DNA of 44,445 nucleotides, taken from assembly GCA_049964835.1 (NCBI GenBank), contig JBMFWW010000004.1, positions 1 through 44,445 of the forward strand. The letters run 5' to 3'. Source of the DNA: Candidatus Micrarchaeia archaeon (GTDB taxonomy: Archaea; Micrarchaeota; Micrarchaeia; Micrarchaeales; CABMGC01). Below are positions 1-7,568 of this stretch, one piece after another. Every line of letters begins with the position of its first letter. The first letter of the stretch is position 1. The position numbers and the translations under genes are program-made. The notes under the pieces were generated by a model that was not told where the DNA came from, ran no database searches, and was given only the letters and a program-made list of their open reading frames with translations.

Positions 1-167
1 CTTCATACACTATTTTTAAAGAAATGCCAGATCATCGTTTACGTTACCCTAACGGTGCTTTTTGGAGTGCAGGTTATGGTAGCAGTAATGCTGGACCTCA
101 AACCGAAGAAATAGTAAGGAATTATATCAGACAACAGGACATTTCGGGGCAAATGAAATTGACATAA
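1..167 (+). CDS. tnpA: IS200/IS605-family Y1 transposase TnpA, 3' part (runs off window start)
   Basis: Frame from nt 3 reads SYTIFKEMPDHRLRYPNGAFWSAGYGSSNAGPQTEEIVRNYIRQQ...*, matching the FWS.GY...G...E.V..YI..Q C-terminus with catalytic Tyr; TAA at 165-167. Not in ORF track. Confidence 0.9.
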   Translation, partial: SYTIFKEMPDHRLRYPNGAFWSAGYGSSNAGPQTEEIVRNYIRQQDISGQMKLT

Positions 168-184
168 CTACTTTATTCAAAAAT

Positions 185-218
185 GATACCTAGAGCTTTA
201 GCTCTAGGAGAAGGTCAT
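185..218 (+). mobile_element. IS200/IS605 right end: subterminal hairpin plus cleavage tetranucleotide
   Basis: Perfect hairpin CCTAGAGC-TTTA-GCTCTAGG (189-208) followed by AGAAGGTCAT; GATA (185-188) at hairpin foot and TCAT (215-218). Confidence 0.85.
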
Positions 219-220
219 TT

Positions 221-961
221 TCATACGCTTTGCACTATGCCGTTTAGATTGGTGGAAAGTGGAGCGCCTGATGCGGCTATCGTTCCGTTTGGATTTATTA
301 TGTAATAAATCTCTAGATAGCCTTTCGGATCGTACGAATATGTTGCGTTCAGATTAGAGATTCCATATAGCAATCCTGGATTTTGGGTGCCGTTTCCATA
401 TTGGTCTGCGAAACTCTGTATGGACGGGCCAGGCTGCCCTAAATCATTGTAAAGCTCTATAATTATTATATTCGCTCCTTTGGATCTTATTGCACTGTAA
501 TAGCCTCCAGATGTCAGGATATGCTCTCCCTCTTGGCATGAAGAGCACCATGTGGTTACCAACCACAATACTACTGGCTTGCCTCTCAGGTCGCCTAAGG
601 TAATACTTGTGCCGTTTGTCAATGTAATCGGGATGTTTGGTGCAAGCTCCCCAACAGTCGCGTTGGCTACTCCGTAAGTGGACTGGCTTCCTGCAGTCTG
701 CACACCGCTAGTTTGGGTGTGCTGAACTGCCAAAAAACTTAAGAATCCGATGCCGCCTAAGCCTAATAATGTGAGTATTCCACAGCATGCTATAGCTGCT
801 ATTGCAAGCATGGTGATGCCGCCTATGCTGCGCTTTTTTAGCTCGTTAATGCTAAGGCTGCCTTTATCCGCCTTGTGCTTGTCATTAAAATGTGCCATCA
901 GGCCAGCATCAGAATTAAGTTCTTTGTTACAAAACTTACATTTACTTGTCATGTTTTTCAT
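221..961 (-). CDS. Membrane-anchored TlpA/thioredoxin-like protein with N-terminal C2H2 zinc finger and Cys-Cys in TM helix
   Basis: CKFC-x12-HFNDKH finger; hydrophobic IAAIACCGILTLLGLGG; GELAPNIPITL...GDLRGKPVVLWLVTTWCSSC redoxin motif. Confidence 0.8.
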   Translation of the reverse strand: MKNMTSKCKFCNKELNSDAGLMAHFNDKHKADKGSLSINELKKRSIGGITMLAIAAIACCGILTLLGLGGIGFLSFLAVQHTQTSGVQTAGSQSTYGVANATVGELAPNIPITLTNGTSITLGDLRGKPVVLWLVTTWCSSCQEGEHILTSGGYYSAIRSKGANIIIIELYNDLGQPGPSIQSFADQYGNGTQNPGLLYGISNLNATYSYDPKGYLEIYYIINPNGTIAASGAPLSTNLNGIVQSV

Positions 962-1481
962 CTCTTTTCATGGTGCAACAGCACGCACTCTTTGAAATAT
1001 AATGGATTGAAACAACGAATAGTATCACCGATATGAAATAAAAATAAACGTAATTATTCTCAAAAAACGCATCTACAGGCACAGAGTAAGCAAAAACTAG
1101 GGGCGTAGACACGCCGAATAGTGCAATAATTGAAGGCACTATCGGAGTACAGCAAAGCAGGTTTACGAATGTGCTTAAGATCGCTCCAGCGGATGCTTTA
1201 GTGGCGGTGTTCTTAAATTTTGATGAATTTCGGATTCCTCTAATAGATAGGTTAAGTGTTATTGTAAGACCAAACAAAACACCGAAAATTATCGAGAATG
1301 CTATCTGAATTGGCGTGATAAATCTTACGAACGTTAGACTCACAGTGCCGTTAGGCAAAGAAGGCAAGAGAACAAGGTAAAGGGCCGTAAATACTATCGA
1401 TAAAGAAATCAATAACAAAACGTAATGATTATTATTAAGTATCATTCCAATCGCATTACTTTCATACTCAAGAAACGGCAT
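942..1481 (-). CDS. MerF/MerT-like heavy-metal (Hg) transporter, about 4 TM helices
   Basis: NLLCCTPIVPSIIALFGVS and C-terminal SACCCTMK resemble MerF (LCCFTP...ACCT); adjacent to merA. Confidence 0.7.
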   Translation of the reverse strand: MPFLEYESNAIGMILNNNHYVLLLISLSIVFTALYLVLLPSLPNGTVSLTFVRFITPIQIAFSIIFGVLFGLTITLNLSIRGIRNSSKFKNTATKASAGAILSTFVNLLCCTPIVPSIIALFGVSTPLVFAYSVPVDAFFENNYVYFYFISVILFVVSIHYISKSACCCTMKRDEKHDK

Positions 1482-1508
1482 TATATCTATAATTTATCAT
1501 ATGTTAAG

Positions 1509-1542
1509 TTATAAATATGTATTTGTCACATATATATTGTGA
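1509..1542. promoter_or_regulatory. Divergent promoter with candidate ArsR/SmtB operator inverted repeats
   Basis: TTATAAATA (1509-1517); ATATGT-N7-ACATAT (1515-1533); TCACA-N7-TGTGA (1526-1542), all in a 65-bp divergent intergenic gap. Confidence 0.5.
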
Positions 1543-1546
1543 TTTT

Positions 1547-1657
1547 ATGGCAAAACAAAAGCGGAATGCAAGGAAGGACATGGCTCATTCACAGGAAACA
1601 TCGCAAAAAGAGCAGACCGATAATGGTGGAGAAATGAAATGCAACTGCGATTGTTGA
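1547..1657 (+). CDS. 36-aa putative metal-binding peptide ending in CNCDC
   Basis: ATG 1547 to TGA 1657: MAKQKRNARKDMAHSQETSQKEQTDNGGEMKCNCDC; GTGAT RBS-like motif just upstream; first ORF ahead of arsR-merA. Confidence 0.6.
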   Translation: MAKQKRNARKDMAHSQETSQKEQTDNGGEMKCNCDC

Positions 1658-1677
1658 TCATTAAACGTTGATTTTGC

Positions 1678-2016
1678 ATGCAAAGAGAGAATAACATAGA
1701 TGTATTCATTTTCAAGGTGCTTTCAAACGAGGTTAGGCTGTCGATAATAGAGACACTCCTCAAGACTCCTATGAATGTAGGTGAAATTTGCGAAGAGACA
1801 CACGAAACGCAGTCTAGGATATCGCACGAGCTACGCTGCCTGGCGGTTTGTGGATTTGTTTACTCTAAAAGAGACGGGAAGAAAATAATATACGAACTTA
1901 ATAAAGATACAATAGCACCAATTATAGAGGCTGCAAATAAACACGCAAGGATTTTTGGAAACAAAATGAGAGGTTGTGAAATACTCTCCGACATAAGAAA
2001 GATGACTATTAAATGA
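1678..2016 (+). CDS. ArsR/SmtB-family transcriptional regulator (likely mer operon repressor)
   Basis: FKVLSNEVRLSIIETL...MNVGEICE...QSRISHEL..L...GFV...RDGKKIIYEL winged-helix pattern; four Cys. Confidence 0.92.
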   Translation: MQRENNIDVFIFKVLSNEVRLSIIETLLKTPMNVGEICEETHETQSRISHELRCLAVCGFVYSKRDGKKIIYELNKDTIAPIIEAANKHARIFGNKMRGCEILSDIRKMTIK

Positions 2017-2029
2017 AGAGGTAATAAAT

Positions 2030-3457
2030 TTGACAAACAAGGAATATGAATTGGTTATATTGGGTAACGGCGCTGCGGCGTTTGCCGCTGCAATAAAAGC
2101 CGATGAGCTTGGCAAGAAGACTGCCATGGTAAAAGGAGGCACAATTGGGGGAACATGCGTTAACGTCGGATGTGTTCCTAGCAAAAGACTTCTTATTAGT
2201 GGGGAAGTTATCAAAAATACAAAAATCCACAATTTAGGTAAAAATACAATTGTGCAGCATGATGAGGAGTTCGATTTCGCTAAGATAATGGAATTTAAGA
2301 AAAAGCTTGTAGAAGACCTTAGATCCGATAAATACGAAAAGGTGCTAAACAAGCTGTCAAACGTAGAGCTTTATGAAGGAATCGCAAGTTTCGTCTCTGA
2401 AAAAGAAATAGAAATTAGACATAATGATAAAAGTACAATTATTTCAGGCGGAAAATTCATTATAGCTACCGGTGCTAGCCCATCGATACCCAAACTTCAA
2501 GGGATAAGCGAAGTAAACTACTGGACAAATATAGAAGGCCTTGAACAGGAAAAAATTCCAGAATCGCTTATAGTAGTCGGGGGTCGAGCTCTTGGCCTAG
2601 AATTTGCCCAGATGTACAACAGGTTCGGAACAAAAGTAATTCTTCTGCAAAGAAGTCCACTGCTTATTCCTGAAGAAGAGCCGGAGATGTCAAAGGCAAT
2701 GGAATTATACTTGAAAGAAGATGGAATTGAGATACATACAAACGTCAATCTCAAAAGCTTTGAGAGAAATACTACAAGCAATAAAGCTATTGTAAATGCC
2801 GAGGTTGATGGAAAATCAGTCAAGTTTGAAGCGGCCATGATTCTCTTTGCTACNNNNNNNNNNNNNNNNNNNNNNNNNNNNNNNNNNNNNNNNNNNNNNN
2901 NNNNNNNNNNNNNNNNNNNNNNNNNNNNNNNNNNNNNNNNNNNNNNNNNNNNNNNNNNNNNNNNNNNNNNNNNNNNNNNNNNNNNNNNNNNNNNNNNNNN
3001 NNNNNNNNNNNNNNNNNNNNNNNNNNNNNNNNNNNNNNNNNNNNNNNNNNNNNNNNNNNNNNNNNNNNNNNNNNNNNNNNNNNNNNNNNNNNNNNNNNNN
3101 NNNNNNNNNNNNNNNNNNNNNNNNNNNNNNNNNNNNNNNNNNNNNNNNNNNNNNNNNNNNNNTTGCACGTGTAGGCTAGTTAGATTTACCGATGTACCAA
3201 AGGCCATCATAATGGGTGATACTAGGGGCATGATAAAGATGGTTGCACATCCAGAAACGCATGTCGTTCTGGGAGTCCAAATACTTTCGCCAATGGCAGC
3301 GGAAATTATTCATGAGGCCGTTATGATAGTAAAAAATAGGTATAAAGTAGAGGATGTAATAGACATGGTGCATGTATTTCCAACTATGTCTGAGGCTTTG
3401 AAAATGGTCGCCCAATCCTTCTTTAGAAATGTTAAAGATACAAGTTGCTGTATATGA
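2030..3457 (+). CDS. merA: Mercuric reductase without NmerA domain; interrupted by N-gap 2854-3162
   Basis: GNGAAA FAD motif, GGTCVNVGCVPSK redox centre, HVFPT, C-terminal SCCI vicinal cysteines; GAGGT RBS before TTG start. Confidence 0.93.
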   Translation: MTNKEYELVILGNGAAAFAAAIKADELGKKTAMVKGGTIGGTCVNVGCVPSKRLLISGEVIKNTKIHNLGKNTIVQHDEEFDFAKIMEFKKKLVEDLRSDKYEKVLNKLSNVELYEGIASFVSEKEIEIRHNDKSTIISGGKFIIATGASPSIPKLQGISEVNYWTNIEGLEQEKIPESLIVVGGRALGLEFAQMYNRFGTKVILLQRSPLLIPEEEPEMSKAMELYLKEDGIEIHTNVNLKSFERNTTSNKAIVNAEVDGKSVKFEAAMILFAXXXXXXXXXXXXXXXXXXXXXXXXXXXXXXXXXXXXXXXXXXXXXXXXXXXXXXXXXXXXXXXXXXXXXXXXXXXXXXXXXXXXXXXXXXXXXXXXXXXXXXXXCTCRLVRFTDVPKAIIMGDTRGMIKMVAHPETHVVLGVQILSPMAAEIIHEAVMIVKNRYKVEDVIDMVHVFPTMSEALKMVAQSFFRNVKDTSCCI

Positions 3458-3546
3458 CTATTAAAATCCTGTCAGAGGTTCTATCTATCACTCAATCCTC
3501 AAGGGAATACCCAAAATGAGGCGGGTGCCGCGCCGTAAGGATAAAG

Positions 3547-3619
3547 CGCCTTGGCCGGGATTCGAACCCGGGTCACAAGCGTGACAGGCTCGTATGCTAG
3601 ACCGCTACACTACCAAGGC
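3547..3619 (-). tRNA. tRNA-Asp(GTC)
   Basis: Reverse complement GCCTTGG TAGTGTAGCGGTCTAGCATA CGAGC-CTGTCAC-GCTTG TGAC CCGGG-TTCGAAT-CCCGG CCAAGGC G; CCA not encoded. Confidence 0.96.
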
Positions 3620-4160
3620 AATGCATTATTTATTGTTGCGAAAGANNNNNNNNNNNNNNNNNNNNNNNNNNNNNNNNNNNNNNNNNNNNNNNNNNNNNNN
3701 NNNNNNNNNNNNNNNNNNNNNNNNNNNNNNNNNNNNNNNNNNNNNNNNNNNNNNNNNNNNNNNNNNNNNNNNNNNNNNNNNNNNNNNNNNNNNNNNNNNN
3801 NNNNNNNNNNNNNNNNNNNNNNNNNNNNNNNNNNNNNNNNNNNNNNNNNNNNNNNNNNNNNNNNNNNNNNNNNNNNNNNNNNNNNNNNNNNNNNNNNNNN
3901 NNNNNNNNNNNNNNNNNNNNNNNNNNNNNNNNNNNNNNNNNNNNNNNNNNNNNNNNNNNNNNNNNNNNNNNNNNNNNNNNNNNNNNNNNNNNNNNNNNNN
4001 NNNNNNNNNNNNNNNNNNNNNNNNNNNNNNNNNNNNNNNNNNNNNNNNNNNNNNNNNNNNNNNNNNNNNNNNNNNNNNNNNNNNNNNNNNNNNNNNNNNN
4101 NNNNNNNNNNNNNNNNNNNNNNNNNNNNNNNNNNNNNNNNNNNNNNNNNNNNNNNNNNNN

Positions 4161-4247
4161 GCTAATATTACAGAACCCCTTCAATTAGCCGAAATAGAGT
4201 TTGAAAAGGGAGTAATACCTATTGTTGTAATAAGAGGAAATGAGTAG
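4161..4247 (+). CDS. rpoK: RNA polymerase subunit K (Rpo6), 3' end only; 5' part lies in N-gap
   Basis: ANITEPLQLAEIEFEKGVIPIVVIR matches the RpoK C-terminal P...A..E...G.IP..V.R pattern. Confidence 0.85.
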   Translation, partial: ANITEPLQLAEIEFEKGVIPIVVIRGNE

Positions 4248-4255
4248 GTGTTTTT

Positions 4256-5695
4256 TTGAATGATAATTACGATATAATTGTTGCAGGAGCAGGCATTGCC
4301 GGTTCATTGGCAGCAGCAGCTGCTTCAAGAAAGGGAGCTAAAGTAATAATGCTCGATAGAAATGATGAATCACAAGTAGGAAAAAAGACAAACTGGGGTT
4401 GGGTATGTGGTGATGCTGTTGCAAAAAGCCACTTAGATTTCATATCTGACCATATAGATTTGAAGTTTGGAGATCCTGAGCTAGACCTAAAAGTAGACGG
4501 AGTATATGCTTTTAGTCCTGATTTAGAACATAAGTTTCTTTTTGATGGTGAAGGGTACAGTTTAGATAGACCAAAGCTTGCAAAAAAACTATACCAATAT
4601 GCAATTAAACATGGTGCAGAGTATATACCTAAATTCAATGTAGAAGGACCTATAATAGAAGATAACAAAGTAGTAGGCATTTACGGAAGAGATGGGAAAA
4701 ACGAACAGGTAAAGATTAAAGCAAAGTTAGTAATAGATGCATTAGGAATAGCAAGTATGATAAGAAGAAAGCTTCCTGTAAACGATTATATCGAAAGAGA
4801 GGTAAGCACAGATGATATAGAGTCTACTGGTAGATACATCTTTAATTTTGAAGCTACACATGAAGATAAGAGATATTATGATCCACACAACGCGCTAATA
4901 CACTTAAATCAAGTTCTAGCACCTGGTGGTTATGGCTGGGTATTTCCAAAGCGTGGCAATAGAATGAATATCGGTTTAGGCGTTGAGAAGAAAAGTTTAG
5001 AGATAAGAAATAGCAAGTTAAACAAAAAAGACACACTTCATATGTTGATAGATGAGTATGTTAAATGGGTACCATTAATAAAAAGTACATCATTAGATGA
5101 AACAGATGCTAATGGTAAAGGATACTGGTCAGTTACAGTAAGAAGGCAGTTTGATAGTCTTGTATATCCTGGATATATGGGCGCTGGAGACAGCATGGCA
5201 ATGCCTAATCCCATAAGTGCAGGTGGTATTGGTCCAGCTATGGTTGCGGGAGTTCTTGCAGGAGAGGTTGCCGGAGAAGCAGTAGCAAAAAAAGACACAT
5301 CACTTGAATCTATTTGGGAGTATAATATTAGGTATAATAAAGATTACGGAAACAAAACTGCAGGACTAGAAGTATTTAGAGTATACTTACAATCAATGAA
5401 CAATGACCTTATAAATTACGGTATGGCTCACTTCCTTACAGAAGAAGAAGCTGTTGAAATAAGCTACGGTAGAATACCTAAATTAACTCTCAAAAGCACA
5501 TTCAACAAGATACTTAGTGGTATAAGTAATATAAATGCATTTAGAAATTTGCTCTTTGTTGTAGATAAAATGAAAACACTCAATGAGATTTATCAACAGT
5601 ATCCTAACTCTCCGAAGGAATTTGGAGCATGGAAAGCAAAGGTTACAGCTGAGATGTCAGGTGTAAAAGAGAAGTTTAAACCTAATCCAGTTTAA
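4256..5695 (+). CDS. Geranylgeranyl reductase family FAD oxidoreductase
   Basis: GAGIAG, VCGDA, GGYGWVFPK, GDSMAMPNPISAGGI motifs; AGGTG RBS before TTG. Confidence 0.88.
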   Translation: MNDNYDIIVAGAGIAGSLAAAAASRKGAKVIMLDRNDESQVGKKTNWGWVCGDAVAKSHLDFISDHIDLKFGDPELDLKVDGVYAFSPDLEHKFLFDGEGYSLDRPKLAKKLYQYAIKHGAEYIPKFNVEGPIIEDNKVVGIYGRDGKNEQVKIKAKLVIDALGIASMIRRKLPVNDYIEREVSTDDIESTGRYIFNFEATHEDKRYYDPHNALIHLNQVLAPGGYGWVFPKRGNRMNIGLGVEKKSLEIRNSKLNKKDTLHMLIDEYVKWVPLIKSTSLDETDANGKGYWSVTVRRQFDSLVYPGYMGAGDSMAMPNPISAGGIGPAMVAGVLAGEVAGEAVAKKDTSLESIWEYNIRYNKDYGNKTAGLEVFRVYLQSMNNDLINYGMAHFLTEEEAVEISYGRIPKLTLKSTFNKILSGISNINAFRNLLFVVDKMKTLNEIYQQYPNSPKEFGAWKAKVTAEMSGVKEKFKPNPV

Positions 5696-6408
5696 TAATT
5701 GTTTTTTGTTTTTAATATCTTTTCATTAAGATAAAAGTACTGTGCTTTTTTAATGGAAAAGATATCTTTTCTTAGCATTGGCAAGAATGTAGCTACCTTA
5801 TTTATGTTTAAACCTGTCAATAATTCATTAAATTGCGGTACAATTATAAGTTTACATTTTTTATTAACAGGTTTATACAATTCTAAAGCTCCCTTTCCTA
5901 ATGGAGCAGTTATCCAAATTCTTTTACCGTTGTCATCTACCGCATGCGCATGCGCTGAAATTATATATTTTTTAAGTATTGCTTTATTGGATGGTAGACC
6001 ATTTCCATGCAGAAAGGCATAATCTTTAATAAGAATTTCATTCTTTATCTTTGCTTTTATGCCCATCATATCAATTATTTCTTCAATATGTCCATCATGA
6101 TTTCCCTTTGTTATATATATTTTAATTTTGTTTTTTATAACTTCAAAAAACTCCTTCAATAATAGATACTCCTTTTTTTCAGGGTACATAATACTTTCTT
6201 TTATGTCACCTAAGAGGACTAGCTTTTCTGCTTTTTTTTCATTAATTTCTTTCTCTAAAATTTGTGACATTCTTTTTGTAGCGTTTAAAAATACAACTCC
6301 TCTATTTTTAAAAAGATCTTCTTTGCCTATATGTAAATCGCCTATTACAAGGCAGGATATATCTTTAATATAAAGTATCGGATATTCTTTTACAAACTCA
6401 ACATTCAT
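5692..6408 (-). CDS. Calcineurin-like metallophosphoesterase
   Basis: DLHIG, LGD, GNHD, HG, HAH motifs; start moved to MNVEF (6408) to avoid overlap with the divergent gene. Confidence 0.88.
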   Translation of the reverse strand: MNVEFVKEYPILYIKDISCLVIGDLHIGKEDLFKNRGVVFLNATKRMSQILEKEINEKKAEKLVLLGDIKESIMYPEKKEYLLLKEFFEVIKNKIKIYITKGNHDGHIEEIIDMMGIKAKIKNEILIKDYAFLHGNGLPSNKAILKKYIISAHAHAVDDNGKRIWITAPLGKGALELYKPVNKKCKLIIVPQFNELLTGLNINKVATFLPMLRKDIFSIKKAQYFYLNEKILKTKNNY

Positions 6409-6453
6409 ATGTATATAAAGGTTCATAGTTATTAAATAATTATAGGGAGCATA

Positions 6454-7527
6454 ATGGCAAATGGTTTTAAGATAGGAAAAATATTTGGTATTGATATAAG
6501 TATTCATTGGACTCTGTCACTTCTTCTTTTCTTATCACTTATACTCTTGCTATATGGTGAGTATTTATTATTTCTAGTAATTATCCTTTTATTTACATGT
6601 GTATTTTTGCACGAAGTTGCGCATTCATTTACTGCTCTGAGAAATAATGTTCATGTGAGTGAAATTGTATTAAATATTATAGGTGGAGCATCGATAATAG
6701 ATAATACAAAGATAAATCCCAATACTGAGTTGAGAATAGCAATAGTTGGCCCTATAGCAAGTATATTTATAGGATTGATTTTCGGTGTACTTTCAGTTCT
6801 TTATACCGCTGGCGGTGTACCTTCTTATCTATTAAACATAATGTTTGAAATAAATATACTTTTAGGTGTTTTTAATTTGTTGCCAACATTTCCAATGGAT
6901 GGAGGAAGGGCATTGAAAAGTTTTTTGCAGAAAAGAAGATCAGAATTCAACGCAACAATGCTTACTGCAAAGATAAGTTCTGTTGTAATAGGACTATTCT
7001 TAATAGGGTCATTTGCTTACACGTTATATATTAACGGTTCGATAATCTATAAAGAATTTGAATTTTTTATACTTCTATTTATAGCGGTTTTCCTTTATAG
7101 TGGATCTGAAACAGAAAAAGAATATGCAATAATAAAGTATGAATGTAAAAATTTATTTGCTTCTGATATAATGGGCAATGACTTTTCAATAATTCCAAGC
7201 ACTCTTTCACCCATATCTATCTATAAATTAGCATTAAAAAAGAGGCAGGACATACTTATATTTAAAGATTCAAAAGGATATAGATACATAAATTCATTTA
7301 AAGCAAAAAATTATCTAGCAACTAAAATACAGGATATATCTTCACCCGCAGCCTCTGTTAATGGAAATGATAAAGTAATAGATATACTGACAAAGCTTCA
7401 GACATCCGGAATAGATTTAGCAGTTGTAATTAAAAATAAAAAGGTTAGTGGTGTAATAACAGTTCAAAGGATTCAGAACTTTATTTATTTGCATATACTT
7501 GCCAAAAAATCAAAGAAAAGAATTTAA
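6454..7527 (+). CDS. Site-2 protease (M50) with degenerate CBS pair
   Basis: HEVAH, FNLLPTFPMDGGR, GIDISIHW N-terminus, C-terminal CBS-like region. Confidence 0.9.
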   Translation: MANGFKIGKIFGIDISIHWTLSLLLFLSLILLLYGEYLLFLVIILLFTCVFLHEVAHSFTALRNNVHVSEIVLNIIGGASIIDNTKINPNTELRIAIVGPIASIFIGLIFGVLSVLYTAGGVPSYLLNIMFEINILLGVFNLLPTFPMDGGRALKSFLQKRRSEFNATMLTAKISSVVIGLFLIGSFAYTLYINGSIIYKEFEFFILLFIAVFLYSGSETEKEYAIIKYECKNLFASDIMGNDFSIIPSTLSPISIYKLALKKRQDILIFKDSKGYRYINSFKAKNYLATKIQDISSPAASVNGNDKVIDILTKLQTSGIDLAVVIKNKKVSGVITVQRIQNFIYLHILAKKSKKRI

Positions 7528-7568
7528 TAATTGTAGTATAATGTATAATTTGACCAGAAGTTGTATTG

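Noticed and set aside
1545..2352. Minus-strand ORFs 1545..1763, 1831..2352, 2009..2230 (and similar antisense ORFs throughout the window)
   Set aside because: Shadows of well-supported opposite-strand genes, with no motifs of their own.
2030..3457. Dihydrolipoamide dehydrogenase as an alternative call
   Set aside because: C-terminal CC pair, HVFPT and the metal-gene context favour MerA.
2518..4247. ORFs made mostly of X across the two N-gaps
   Set aside because: Gap artefacts; only merA and the rpoK 3' end are supported. ORFs starting at 3551 and 3594 begin inside the antisense of tRNA-Asp.
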